Positions 8,600 through 17,477 of a stretch of DNA of 64,000 bases are shown here, in pieces. The notes under the pieces were generated by a model. It saw only the letters and a program-made list of their open reading frames with translations. It did not search any database and was not told where the DNA came from. Every line of letters starts with the position of its first letter. Position 1 is the first letter of the stretch. The stretch is from a virus (taxonomy: Duplodnaviria; Caudoviricetes). Both the position numbers and the translations under genes were made by a program. Where the stretch lies: positions 55,987 to 119,986 of IMG/VR virus record IMGVR_UViG_2585428004_000001; one strand, written 5' to 3'.

Positions 8600-9622
8600 T
8601 TACTTTACAGTTACGAACTCTGGGTTAGCAGTGATGTAGAAGTATGCACATTTGTACATCTTAGAACCATTAACAGTTAACTCTTCAAGGATTGTAAATG
8701 CATCACCTTGTTTAACAATCTTCTCTTTAGCGTTCCAGTCTGGAGCAGAGTATACCCATAATTCTGGTGTAGTTACCACAACTAATCGACCTACATTGCT
8801 AAGCTGTCTACGAGCAAAACGAAGGAATGAAGAGTCATTCTTAACCCAAGAGTTACCTAGGTTCAGCCAACCATCTTGCTCTGCCCACACTACATAAGAA
8901 TCTGGTTTATTTAGTTGACGAATGATTTCGCCACTTGTGCTTGGAGTCTTGCGAAGGTTAACACCAGTTCCAGTGATATAAGCAATACCTAATCCTTGAG
9001 TTCCTGCATCACCATTGTCTACTGGAGGAGTTACCGTTCCGCCACCTACTGTTCCACCGCCAGAAGTTCCACCGCTGTAGTTAACTCCCAAGTAAGCGCA
9101 AATAGCTTTTGTGTAAGCCTTAGCTAGTAATCGCAACACTTCATCCTTACGAATGTGAGTCATATCTGTTGCATTATCAATGAATCCATTCTCTGTTAAT
9201 ACCGCAGGCATTCCAGTTTCACGAAGTACAGCATAGTTAGCTGTTTTAATTCCTCGGTCTTTGAATCCTAGAGGTTTTAACACTTTCATACCTTCAGCAT
9301 GAACTAAATCTTGTAATCGATTTGTACTTGCATCGTTACGGTTGTATACGAATGTCTCGTAACCTGTACCGCCACCAGAGTTCAAGTGATTTGAAATAAA
9401 CACTTTCGCTCCATGAGCATCAGCTTTATCAGCACGAGCAGATAATTCTACGAAGAAGTCTGAATTACGAATTAAAAGTGTTGAAACACCATTTGCTCGT
9501 AGTTCTTCGTCCATCATTAGAGTAAGTTTTAATGCACGTTCTTTTTCTAGCAATCCATTACCAACTGCACCAGAATCTTTGCCACCATGTCCTGCATCTA
9601 AAGCTACTAAATTGTTTGTCAT
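8600..9622 (-). CDS. Endolysin, N-acetylmuramoyl-L-alanine amidase (Amidase_3) with SH3-like cell-wall binding domain
   Basis: DAGHGG, E, SNH and ENGF motifs; Gly-rich linker; VNLRKTPS SH3b motif. Confidence 0.92.
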   Translation of the reverse strand: MTNNLVALDAGHGGKDSGAVGNGLLEKERALKLTLMMDEELRANGVSTLLIRNSDFFVELSARADKADAHGAKVFISNHLNSGGGTGYETFVYNRNDASTNRLQDLVHAEGMKVLKPLGFKDRGIKTANYAVLRETGMPAVLTENGFIDNATDMTHIRKDEVLRLLAKAYTKAICAYLGVNYSGGTSGGGTVGGGTVTPPVDNGDAGTQGLGIAYITGTGVNLRKTPSTSGEIIRQLNKPDSYVVWAEQDGWLNLGNSWVKNDSSFLRFARRQLSNVGRLVVVTTPELWVYSAPDWNAKEKIVKQGDAFTILEELTVNGSKMYKCAYFYITANPEFVTVK

Positions 9623-9734
9623 AAAATCTCCTTCTCTTGCCTTCTGGCAAGCTTTTATTTTTATATATATAATGGAAGAAACTCGATTGGAGAACCCTCA
9701 TTAATATCAATCATTGCAATGGTTTTGTTTAATG

Positions 9735-10376
9735 TTATTTTGTATAAGTGATGCGTAGTTTTGGGGCTAAGCTTCCATCCCACATACCACTAAATATTCC
9801 ATAGTATTCTCCTGCTCCACTATTAGCAAAGACAGAGACACCTTTGTAATATCCATCTCTTATACCTGCTCCTAATGAGTTAGGTAGTGTAATCCATTGG
9901 GACTGTCCACGAGATGTAAACTTCTGTGTTTTAGCCCCATACTCAGAATGACTAAATAAGTCTGGTTCATTTGCGTGATTATGATAGCCGACATACAGCG
10001 TACCGCCTGCGTAATAATACCAGTGTTCATTATGAAGGAATAACTCTACTCTATCGATTCTAGCACCTTGAAGTTCATCTTTGATTCTAGAACCATTATC
10101 GAATCCAATTAAAGACCTCATAATTCCCCAAGGTTCATAAACATATCGACCTTGGCAAATCTTATCGGCACGATAGTCAGTTCTTCGTGTGCCTGCTTCA
10201 CGATAAGTTTGAGTGAATGAACAGTCCCAAGTCTTAGATTGCTGTTGATTACTTATATTATTCCATCCTTGACCATTGGATGTCTTAACATCTGCGTTAA
10301 TCCAACTCGAACCATTGTATTTTTTTACACTGGCATCTATCCAGTTAGAACCATTCCATTTCTTTACTTTTCCCAT
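9735..10376 (-). CDS. Tail-tip/receptor-binding associated protein
   Basis: KKWNGSNW repeats, C-terminal PKLRITY, position after the fibre gene. Confidence 0.6.
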   Translation of the reverse strand: MGKVKKWNGSNWIDASVKKYNGSSWINADVKTSNGQGWNNISNQQQSKTWDCSFTQTYREAGTRRTDYRADKICQGRYVYEPWGIMRSLIGFDNGSRIKDELQGARIDRVELFLHNEHWYYYAGGTLYVGYHNHANEPDLFSHSEYGAKTQKFTSRGQSQWITLPNSLGAGIRDGYYKGVSVFANSGAGEYYGIFSGMWDGSLAPKLRITYTK

Positions 10377-10389
10377 CTAATGCCCCTTC

Positions 10390-11751
10390 CTACACTTGAA
10401 TCCAAACATCCCCAACGGAAGCACCAGAAGGAGCATCTGAACGAATGTGAAGTCTCTTTCCTTGGATTTTGATTTGATTAAAGAAGTGAACAGAAGATTC
10501 ATTTCTATCGGTTGCAAAGAAGAATCTATCATTGTGCCAGTCATATAGTCCCATTTGTCTTGTATTGTTATTCATATAAAAGCCCATACCTCTGTCGTTA
10601 TCATCCGCTCTAAACTTAAGGTCAGTCTCTTTTGTTTTACTATTGAACTCCATTCCATGTTCAGAAGTGATTACTCCATCGTATCGAACTTTCATATCTC
10701 CATAGTATTGTGAGCGCATAACCAAGCTACCACTCTCGTTAACGAATACACGACCAATTTCACCATTTCCACCTTCTGCGAATACAAGGTCTCCAGAGTT
10801 CATAGAACCTGCAGGCGCACGAAGGATAATATCTTTACCTTGTGTCATGATAAGATTTTCTTTAAAGTTAGGTTCTACATCGACTCTAGCAAATGAACTA
10901 GCTTGAAGTCCATCTAATTTATCAGCATCTAATCCACTTTCTGCACCAACGTTTCCTGTGTGCCATACTGAATGGTTATATTCTCCATCATTAAAAATCA
11001 GCATCTTCTTTGTGTTGGTGTGGATAATTGTTTTTGCCTTTGTGTCACCAAGAACAACATCATTGCTTGTAGTAACTTTACCAATGTTCAAGTCAGTTCC
11101 ACCAGTATTTTTACCAAAGAATGACTTGTTGTTTGCTACAGAAACACTACCTGTTAATGAGCCACCAGACAACTTAAGATAAGAACTATCATGATTATGA
11201 CTAGTCATATCTGATTTAAGCTTAGCGATATCTGCATCATTAGAAGTTACTTGAGTCTGAAGACCATCTACTTCTGTTTGAACCTCATTCACTGCATTTA
11301 CAATGCTAGTTTTTACAGTAGTTTTTAAGCTTGTCAATGAACCAACATTCTTGTTGATATCAGCAATTGCATCATTTGTTGCTTTGCCGCCTGCACTCCA
11401 TGTACCAATTGTAGAACCTACGATTGCCCTTTGATGAGTATCGTTTCCTGTGTGGTCATAGAAAGTTTGTAGAACAACTGTGTCAACAGTATCTACTTTC
11501 ATAAGATATACTGTCGTAGCTACCATACCAGATGGAGCATTTGTACATCCTTTAACACGATATAAGCCATTGTCTTTAATCGTGTTTAGATTAATACCTT
11601 GTAACAGTTTACCTTTAAGGAACATTTCATCAAAATCTGATACGATGCCACTAGCACCCATGATTTTAACTTGTCCTGCTTGCGTTTCATAGTGGAAAGT
11701 ATCATAGTCTGTTCCATTATGAAAATTTGCTCTTGTTTTCTTGATTGCCAA
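10390..11751 (-). CDS. Tail fibre/spike protein
   Basis: Fibre-type motifs (LNTIKDNGLY, HNHD, GLDADKLDG), coiled coil, C-terminal GDVWI. Confidence 0.75.
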   Translation of the reverse strand: MAIKKTRANFHNGTDYDTFHYETQAGQVKIMGASGIVSDFDEMFLKGKLLQGINLNTIKDNGLYRVKGCTNAPSGMVATTVYLMKVDTVDTVVLQTFYDHTGNDTHQRAIVGSTIGTWSAGGKATNDAIADINKNVGSLTSLKTTVKTSIVNAVNEVQTEVDGLQTQVTSNDADIAKLKSDMTSHNHDSSYLKLSGGSLTGSVSVANNKSFFGKNTGGTDLNIGKVTTSNDVVLGDTKAKTIIHTNTKKMLIFNDGEYNHSVWHTGNVGAESGLDADKLDGLQASSFARVDVEPNFKENLIMTQGKDIILRAPAGSMNSGDLVFAEGGNGEIGRVFVNESGSLVMRSQYYGDMKVRYDGVITSEHGMEFNSKTKETDLKFRADDNDRGMGFYMNNNTRQMGLYDWHNDRFFFATDRNESSVHFFNQIKIQGKRLHIRSDAPSGASVGDVWIQV

Positions 11752-11780
11752 GGCAAAGTCATCTCCTTTTGTTTAGTCTT

Positions 11781-12164
11781 CTATTCTATTTCAAATACAA
11801 CATGAATTTCTTGTTGCAATTCCTCATCCCATAACTGTTCAATAGAACTTACGATTCTATCCTCTACAGTGTCATAGATATGGAACATATCTCTATTAGT
11901 AGAAGAGATTACTCCTTGAACAATCTTTTGAGACTTTGTATTAGAAATATCTTGAACGATTACGATATCATTTTTCCCGATGTAAGAAGATAAGTTCTGA
12001 GGTATAATACAATCAGAATTACTTCCATTAATCTCGACAATCGCTTGAAGACCATTGACCTCTATTACTATTCCAGTAAATGACTTTGTGAAGTTTATAT
12101 TTTTTAGCCTCTCGCCTGCTAATATCTGAATAGATTCTATAAGACTTTGTTGAACATCATTCAT
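11781..12164 (-). CDS. Small tail-tip protein (paralog of 12161-12436)
   Basis: Visible similarity to the adjacent ORF; tail module context. Confidence 0.65.
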   Translation of the reverse strand: MNDVQQSLIESIQILAGERLKNINFTKSFTGIVIEVNGLQAIVEINGSNSDCIIPQNLSSYIGKNDIVIVQDISNTKSQKIVQGVISSTNRDMFHIYDTVEDRIVSSIEQLWDEELQQEIHVVFEIE

Positions 12165-12436
12165 GTAGTTTCACCAATTTTACACTGAACAAACTTATGT
12201 GTATTGTCATTGTATAAATCCTGTACAACTACAATGTCTCCAACCTTAATCTGTGTATGCATATGTTCAAGTAGCTTGCACTCTGTGTCACTACCATAAA
12301 CTTCTACAGTACAATCAAATCCATTCACTTTCTTAACCTTCCCAACATGGGAGGAGGTGTAAGAGGTCTTGCTGAGTTTCTCACCAACAATAATGTCGAT
12401 GGCTTCAAGTAAGCTGTCTTGAACACTCTTCTTCAT
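12161..12436 (-). CDS. Small tail-tip protein
   Basis: Beta-rich with IKVGDIVVV motif; tail module context. Confidence 0.65.
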   Translation of the reverse strand: MKKSVQDSLLEAIDIIVGEKLSKTSYTSSHVGKVKKVNGFDCTVEVYGSDTECKLLEHMHTQIKVGDIVVVQDLYNDNTHKFVQCKIGETT

Positions 12437-12449
12437 CCTCTACACCGCC

Positions 12450-13139
12450 TTAGTCAAGTAACTCAATCCATAATAAGCCTTGTTGTGGCGTTGTTGGAGC
12501 AGTTGCACTAACAATGGTCTTATCAAATAAGAACCAGTATGTTGCATTTGTTGGCGCTGTTCCTGCAGTAGTATCCTTTGCACAATAGAATATATTCCCA
12601 TTGTAACTAACTGCATCTCCCATTACATATGCTGTTGTTGCACCGTATAACCCTCTATAATGGGTATTTAATCCAACGTCACCCTTATCTCCTTTTGTGG
12701 AGATTTTCTGCCAGTTTGCCGTGTTAGTAGGTACAATGCCTTTTGCATCTTTTGTACAAAGATAAAGGTCTCCATTGTACGTTACCATGTTTTGAAACTT
12801 GTACTGCGTTGAAGTGTTATAAACTCCCTTATGAACGAAGTCGTTGACATAAGTTGCCCATAAAGCTTGCTTAGCTTCAATGAACTCCATTACTTCTTGC
12901 GTAAAGAATGTCTCTACATTTACTAGAGCATCAGCAAATTTATTCCAAGTTTCTGGTGTGATGATATAGTTTCCTAATGAAATCACTAGGTTATTCAATT
13001 CTGTTTGCTCTGTAGCATTCAGAGTAGGCTTCATCTTCAACTCTTGGAATCGTTTTGCTTGTGCAACTTTACTTGGAGGTAAATCAAAGAGTTCAACGAA
13101 ACTATCGATTTGCTCTGGGAATGTGCTTCGATTTGCCAA
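12450..13139 (-). CDS. Tail/baseplate protein with two CBM5/12-like carbohydrate-binding repeats
   Basis: Two repeats of Y..GD.V.YNG..Y/F.C....G..PTN...W. Confidence 0.7.
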   Translation of the reverse strand: MANRSTFPEQIDSFVELFDLPPSKVAQAKRFQELKMKPTLNATEQTELNNLVISLGNYIITPETWNKFADALVNVETFFTQEVMEFIEAKQALWATYVNDFVHKGVYNTSTQYKFQNMVTYNGDLYLCTKDAKGIVPTNTANWQKISTKGDKGDVGLNTHYRGLYGATTAYVMGDAVSYNGNIFYCAKDTTAGTAPTNATYWFLFDKTIVSATAPTTPQQGLLWIELLD

Positions 13140-13256
13140 AGCTACCCTTCCTTTCTCATTGCAATGGTTTTGTTTAATATCTCCTTAATCAACTCTACTA
13201 CCCTATTCTACCACATTTAAAAAACGGTGTCAATAAATTTTAATGAATTTGTTTTA

Positions 13257-15335
13257 CTAAATTCTATCAAAATTTACATTAAAACTTTCCAATGCTTTTC
13301 CTTGTACGGCTTTAGAGTTATCGAAGATAGCCTCTGCATTTAATGCCGTTGTACCTCTATGGTCGTATCCTGCGATAGAACCAGTATCAATCTCGTCTCC
13401 AGTAAGATTTAATCTAATGGACTTTACGTAGTTGACTGCATTGGCTGTAAAATCATTTATGAACGCATCATAAGTTGTGAACGCTGTGTTAGCAATGATA
13501 GCATCTTTCACTGCCTCTCCTCCACTCTTAGTAGAGGATTTAATAGAGTTCATTACAGACTTCATATCTTTCCCATCAACAATCTTCTTATCAAGGTACT
13601 TCATGATAACATATCCTGCACTGTAACTATCACTAGTATCTTCCCAATAATTATCTTTTAGCATTCTTGTTGCAAGGCTAATGAGATTGTTTAACTTTGT
13701 ATTGTTGATTACTCCATTGTCTACTATAGAAAACTTTAATCGTTCATCAGCACCATGAAGTAATTCTGCACTACCCTCTGTAAACCAAGTAGGCATAAGT
13801 CTTGTCTTCTCTACCCCAAACACATCGTTCATAAGTAAATGGACTACTTCGTGACCTAAGATGCGGTCGCTGTACTCTTCTTTTCCTGCTCCAGTATTAC
13901 CATTGTCGTCCCCATTTGATTTAAAGTCTGCTAGGTCAATGGTTAACACCTGTCTCTTAGTTCCCATATATCCTGCAACATAGGCTGTTACTCCATGCTT
14001 TTCTCCATTTTCGAATCTAACAGTTACATCTGCACCAGAACCAACTAAGCCATAGTAGTTCTTTATGCGTTGCTCAGATAGCGACAGCCATCCTTTATTC
14101 ATAATCCCATCTTCTACTATAGTAGCAATCTCTCTTGCCTCTGTAAGTGAACTGTCCACTTCAATAGTGTCATAGTACATCTTATGAGCATTAATGGTCA
14201 TATTATCCTTAACTCCTAGACCTGTAGAGATAGAATCTATAATGTATCGTTCTACCTTTTTGGAAACGAAGTTATAAACTTCTATAATGTCATTTCCATC
14301 TAGGAAGTAAACTGGAACAGAAGTGATAGCTAACTGCTCTTGGAAATTGCTTGCTTTAAACAACTCATATCTGGCACTAGATTCACATTGAGAAAGAGTA
14401 GTTAACTTTGTATCTACAACAACTTTCTTTCTAACCTTAATCTTTGACTCATGGAATGGAGAGTCTTCTTTTGCTAGACTAACCTCTGCTTTTGGAGTAA
14501 GACCTGTTTTGTCATCCATTCTACCAATAACAACTACCTTATTCTTAACATTCTTATAAGTGTAGTTCTCACCAAAGGTAGTGATGTGATTTGATTCACC
14601 ATTAAATACCCAAGAAACAGGTTCTCCATCTTCTCTCTGTATTTGCATCTTTCTGAATACGAAAGTGCCATCTACATCGTAGTATGCTTCCCAATCCATA
14701 TACAAATCTCTTAGAGTCTCGATTATATCTAAGACAGTGTCTCCTTCATTAAACTCTAGCTTATATGGAACTGTTAGTGTAGTGAACTGTATGTCTGCCT
14801 TCCATTCCCCATACAGATGTAAGATTTCTGTTATAGCTGTATGGATTGGCGTATCTGCATCAATTACAATCTTATTCTCTAATTGCTCCATTTCCCATCT
14901 CATCATATTATCCTGTAGTGCAATGGTTGTAGTACGATTCTCTGGGGATATATCTACACTAGGTTCAGTAATATAGAATGTTCCCAAACAGAAGTGTGTT
15001 ATCGTTCCATCTGATGATGTTAAGTCTTCAATCCCTGCATACACTCTAATTCTATTGGTCATCCATAGTAGGCTTCCCTCTGTTGGTCTCAAAGAATCAA
15101 GTAGCACAAAGGACAGATTGCCTGTCCTTCTGATTAAGCTACTATTTGAGATACTTATATCTCCACCTGTAGAGAGACCTTGAATGGTTTCAATAGTATT
15201 CATTTCTTCATCTAATACCTCTACAGTGATATACAGCTTTCTAATTGACTGAAGATGGAGGTCTGCGTAGTTAGCGATGTTTGGTATATTCTTACCAGAC
15301 ATAACGATGTTACCTTTAATATAATTATCAGCCAC
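13257..15335 (-). CDS. Tail hub-type protein with C-terminal gluzincin metallopeptidase domain (flagellinolysin-like)
   Basis: N-terminal phage tail hub-like region; C-terminal HEVVH..PTWFTEGSAELLHGADER. Confidence 0.75.
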   Translation of the reverse strand: MADNYIKGNIVMSGKNIPNIANYADLHLQSIRKLYITVEVLDEEMNTIETIQGLSTGGDISISNSSLIRRTGNLSFVLLDSLRPTEGSLLWMTNRIRVYAGIEDLTSSDGTITHFCLGTFYITEPSVDISPENRTTTIALQDNMMRWEMEQLENKIVIDADTPIHTAITEILHLYGEWKADIQFTTLTVPYKLEFNEGDTVLDIIETLRDLYMDWEAYYDVDGTFVFRKMQIQREDGEPVSWVFNGESNHITTFGENYTYKNVKNKVVVIGRMDDKTGLTPKAEVSLAKEDSPFHESKIKVRKKVVVDTKLTTLSQCESSARYELFKASNFQEQLAITSVPVYFLDGNDIIEVYNFVSKKVERYIIDSISTGLGVKDNMTINAHKMYYDTIEVDSSLTEAREIATIVEDGIMNKGWLSLSEQRIKNYYGLVGSGADVTVRFENGEKHGVTAYVAGYMGTKRQVLTIDLADFKSNGDDNGNTGAGKEEYSDRILGHEVVHLLMNDVFGVEKTRLMPTWFTEGSAELLHGADERLKFSIVDNGVINNTKLNNLISLATRMLKDNYWEDTSDSYSAGYVIMKYLDKKIVDGKDMKSVMNSIKSSTKSGGEAVKDAIIANTAFTTYDAFINDFTANAVNYVKSIRLNLTGDEIDTGSIAGYDHRGTTALNAEAIFDNSKAVQGKALESFNVNFDRI

Positions 15336-16278
15336 TAATTACCCCTCCATCATCATCGAATGTCATTTTCTGCATATGAGCAGGAGCGATAAGGTCATTC
15401 TTAATCATTGCTCCAAAGTCAAGTTTACCAATCTCAAGGAAGTCGAATGAGATGTTTGCCAAGTCTCTTAACAGGTCTCCTTCTTTATGCTGTACGTTTG
15501 CATTCTGTGTTACAACTAACATCAGTACACCACTATCCATACGAAGGACTTTTGCTTTGCCATTATTTAAGAAGTCCACCCAATCTTGACGATTGACTTG
15601 TTCAGCAAGCTTATCAATTGCTCCTCCTGCCAGTGCCACTGTATTATTAGATAAAGGTAATACAGATAAGTTTCCACTTCTGTAATTACTATTGCCAAAG
15701 ACAACAATAGGGAACTGACCATCGATTGGTTGGTTTACACTTGATGATTGATTGTATGTGATATCGCCAAGTTGAATGTCATATTCAAATCGCTTGTTCT
15801 CATACTTATCTGTTAAAAAAATCCCCTCATACTCTGATTTAACTTCGTCAGAGATAAGCTTATCTCCTAGCACTTCATTTGCCACTGGAACGATTGCATA
15901 CTGATATAAAGCGCCATTCTCTGTGTATCTATCTACATAGTCATACACATTGTATTCTGGGTCATAGTCGAATTCTGCTACAGCCTCCCACTTAAATGTC
16001 CCTACAACAGAGCGATATAGAAGAATCTTCGTCACTTTAAATCCATCAGCGCCAATCGAACCTGCATCTAAATCACCTGTGAACTTGGCATCCATAAGCG
16101 TTTGCAATGTCCAGTTAGTAGGCTTAGCTGTGCTGTCAACAACATTAGTATCTAATGTAACGAACGCTTCATCGTATATACCCTCGTTTAACTGTAATTC
16201 ATCCATATGGTCTGTACAAATAGGAGTATCCCAGACACACCCTTCTGCATAGCCAAAGAAATTGTAGTCTATAATCAC
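15328..16278 (-). CDS. Tail/baseplate protein
   Basis: 316 aa, downstream of the tape measure gene, overlapping starts/stops. Confidence 0.65.
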   Translation of the reverse strand: MIIDYNFFGYAEGCVWDTPICTDHMDELQLNEGIYDEAFVTLDTNVVDSTAKPTNWTLQTLMDAKFTGDLDAGSIGADGFKVTKILLYRSVVGTFKWEAVAEFDYDPEYNVYDYVDRYTENGALYQYAIVPVANEVLGDKLISDEVKSEYEGIFLTDKYENKRFEYDIQLGDITYNQSSSVNQPIDGQFPIVVFGNSNYRSGNLSVLPLSNNTVALAGGAIDKLAEQVNRQDWVDFLNNGKAKVLRMDSGVLMLVVTQNANVQHKEGDLLRDLANISFDFLEIGKLDFGAMIKNDLIAPAHMQKMTFDDDGGVISG

Positions 16279-16291
16279 GTTATCACCTCTC

Positions 16292-17377
16292 TTATAGGAT
16301 TTTTATAGACAAGTCTATTCGATGTTCAATCGCTTTTGCATATAGCATAAACGGTGAATCGTATGGAATGGTAACGACATTAGAGCAATGTCTAGATACA
16401 ACTCGACCATACTTCTTAACTGCAATTACTTTGTTTGAATACTTCCAGAATTCAATTGCAATTCCTGTATTATCTACAGGGCTTAAATCCAAGAATTTTG
16501 TACCGTTTGGAATCTTCTTGCACCATACTTTCATTACAAAGTCTGATGCTCTATTCATCCCTAAACCTTTGAAGATAACAGGCTTCCCTTTGGGAACAAT
16601 AACCCATTCATCCCCTTCGTATTTATAATCTTCCTTGATTTGACCTTCTGATTTTTCTGTCCGTGCGCCACTAGTTACTTGAGTACCTAATAACTGCTTT
16701 AAGTTAGCTGTTACTTTAACTACTCCTTCATCTGAATCATTTCTGGTATTGATAACACCGTTGACACTAGGAACGATATATAAAGGGATAAACCTTTCTC
16801 TGTGAGTCCACACTACTCCATTGACAGTTTCAATTGAACACTCAATAAAGTAACCCTTCCCCTTCTCTAACCCTCTTACAACCTCAGTTAAGGAGTTTGG
16901 TGCGCTAGGAACTCTGATTGGATAGTTCTCAATTAAATCTTCATTCTCATCGAAAAGACTAAATCGATAAGTCTTAACTGACTCTCCTTCACTCTGAGAA
17001 TAGATGGCGATGAATGTTACATCTGAGTTGTAAACATATCCTTGACCATCAATATTATCAATGTCTAATACAGGATTACTAAAAGTTTTAAACTGCACTT
17101 CGTTTGAATAAGGAGACTGGTCTCCATCAGAAGAGATTGCTCGTATCTTGGCTTTATATGACTTCCCATTCAGAAGGATATTAGGTGGAACATGATGAAC
17201 CTTCTCATACGAAGAATATTCAAAGCTGTATACAATCTCATTTGTCTTAGTATCTGTGACAACCAGTTGATTCTTTAGAGACTGTTTACTACCTGTGTAA
17301 GTATAATAGATACTTGCTCCTTTAGTGGCATCAAACGGTTGAATAACCAAAAGACTTGGTTTAATATCTACTACCAC
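16292..17377 (-). CDS. Tail protein with FN3/Ig-like region
   Basis: LLNGKSYKAKIRAIS..SPYSNEV FN3-like motif; directly after the tape measure gene. Confidence 0.65.
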   Translation of the reverse strand: MVVDIKPSLLVIQPFDATKGASIYYTYTGSKQSLKNQLVVTDTKTNEIVYSFEYSSYEKVHHVPPNILLNGKSYKAKIRAISSDGDQSPYSNEVQFKTFSNPVLDIDNIDGQGYVYNSDVTFIAIYSQSEGESVKTYRFSLFDENEDLIENYPIRVPSAPNSLTEVVRGLEKGKGYFIECSIETVNGVVWTHRERFIPLYIVPSVNGVINTRNDSDEGVVKVTANLKQLLGTQVTSGARTEKSEGQIKEDYKYEGDEWVIVPKGKPVIFKGLGMNRASDFVMKVWCKKIPNGTKFLDLSPVDNTGIAIEFWKYSNKVIAVKKYGRVVSRHCSNVVTIPYDSPFMLYAKAIEHRIDLSIKIL

Positions 17378-17477
17378 TAGAACACCTCATTTCTTATTAC
17401 ATTTTATCATTTAAACATTATAATTGCAATGGTTTTGTTTAAGAGGAGTTTTATAGACTCCTCTTAAACCTTTCCAT

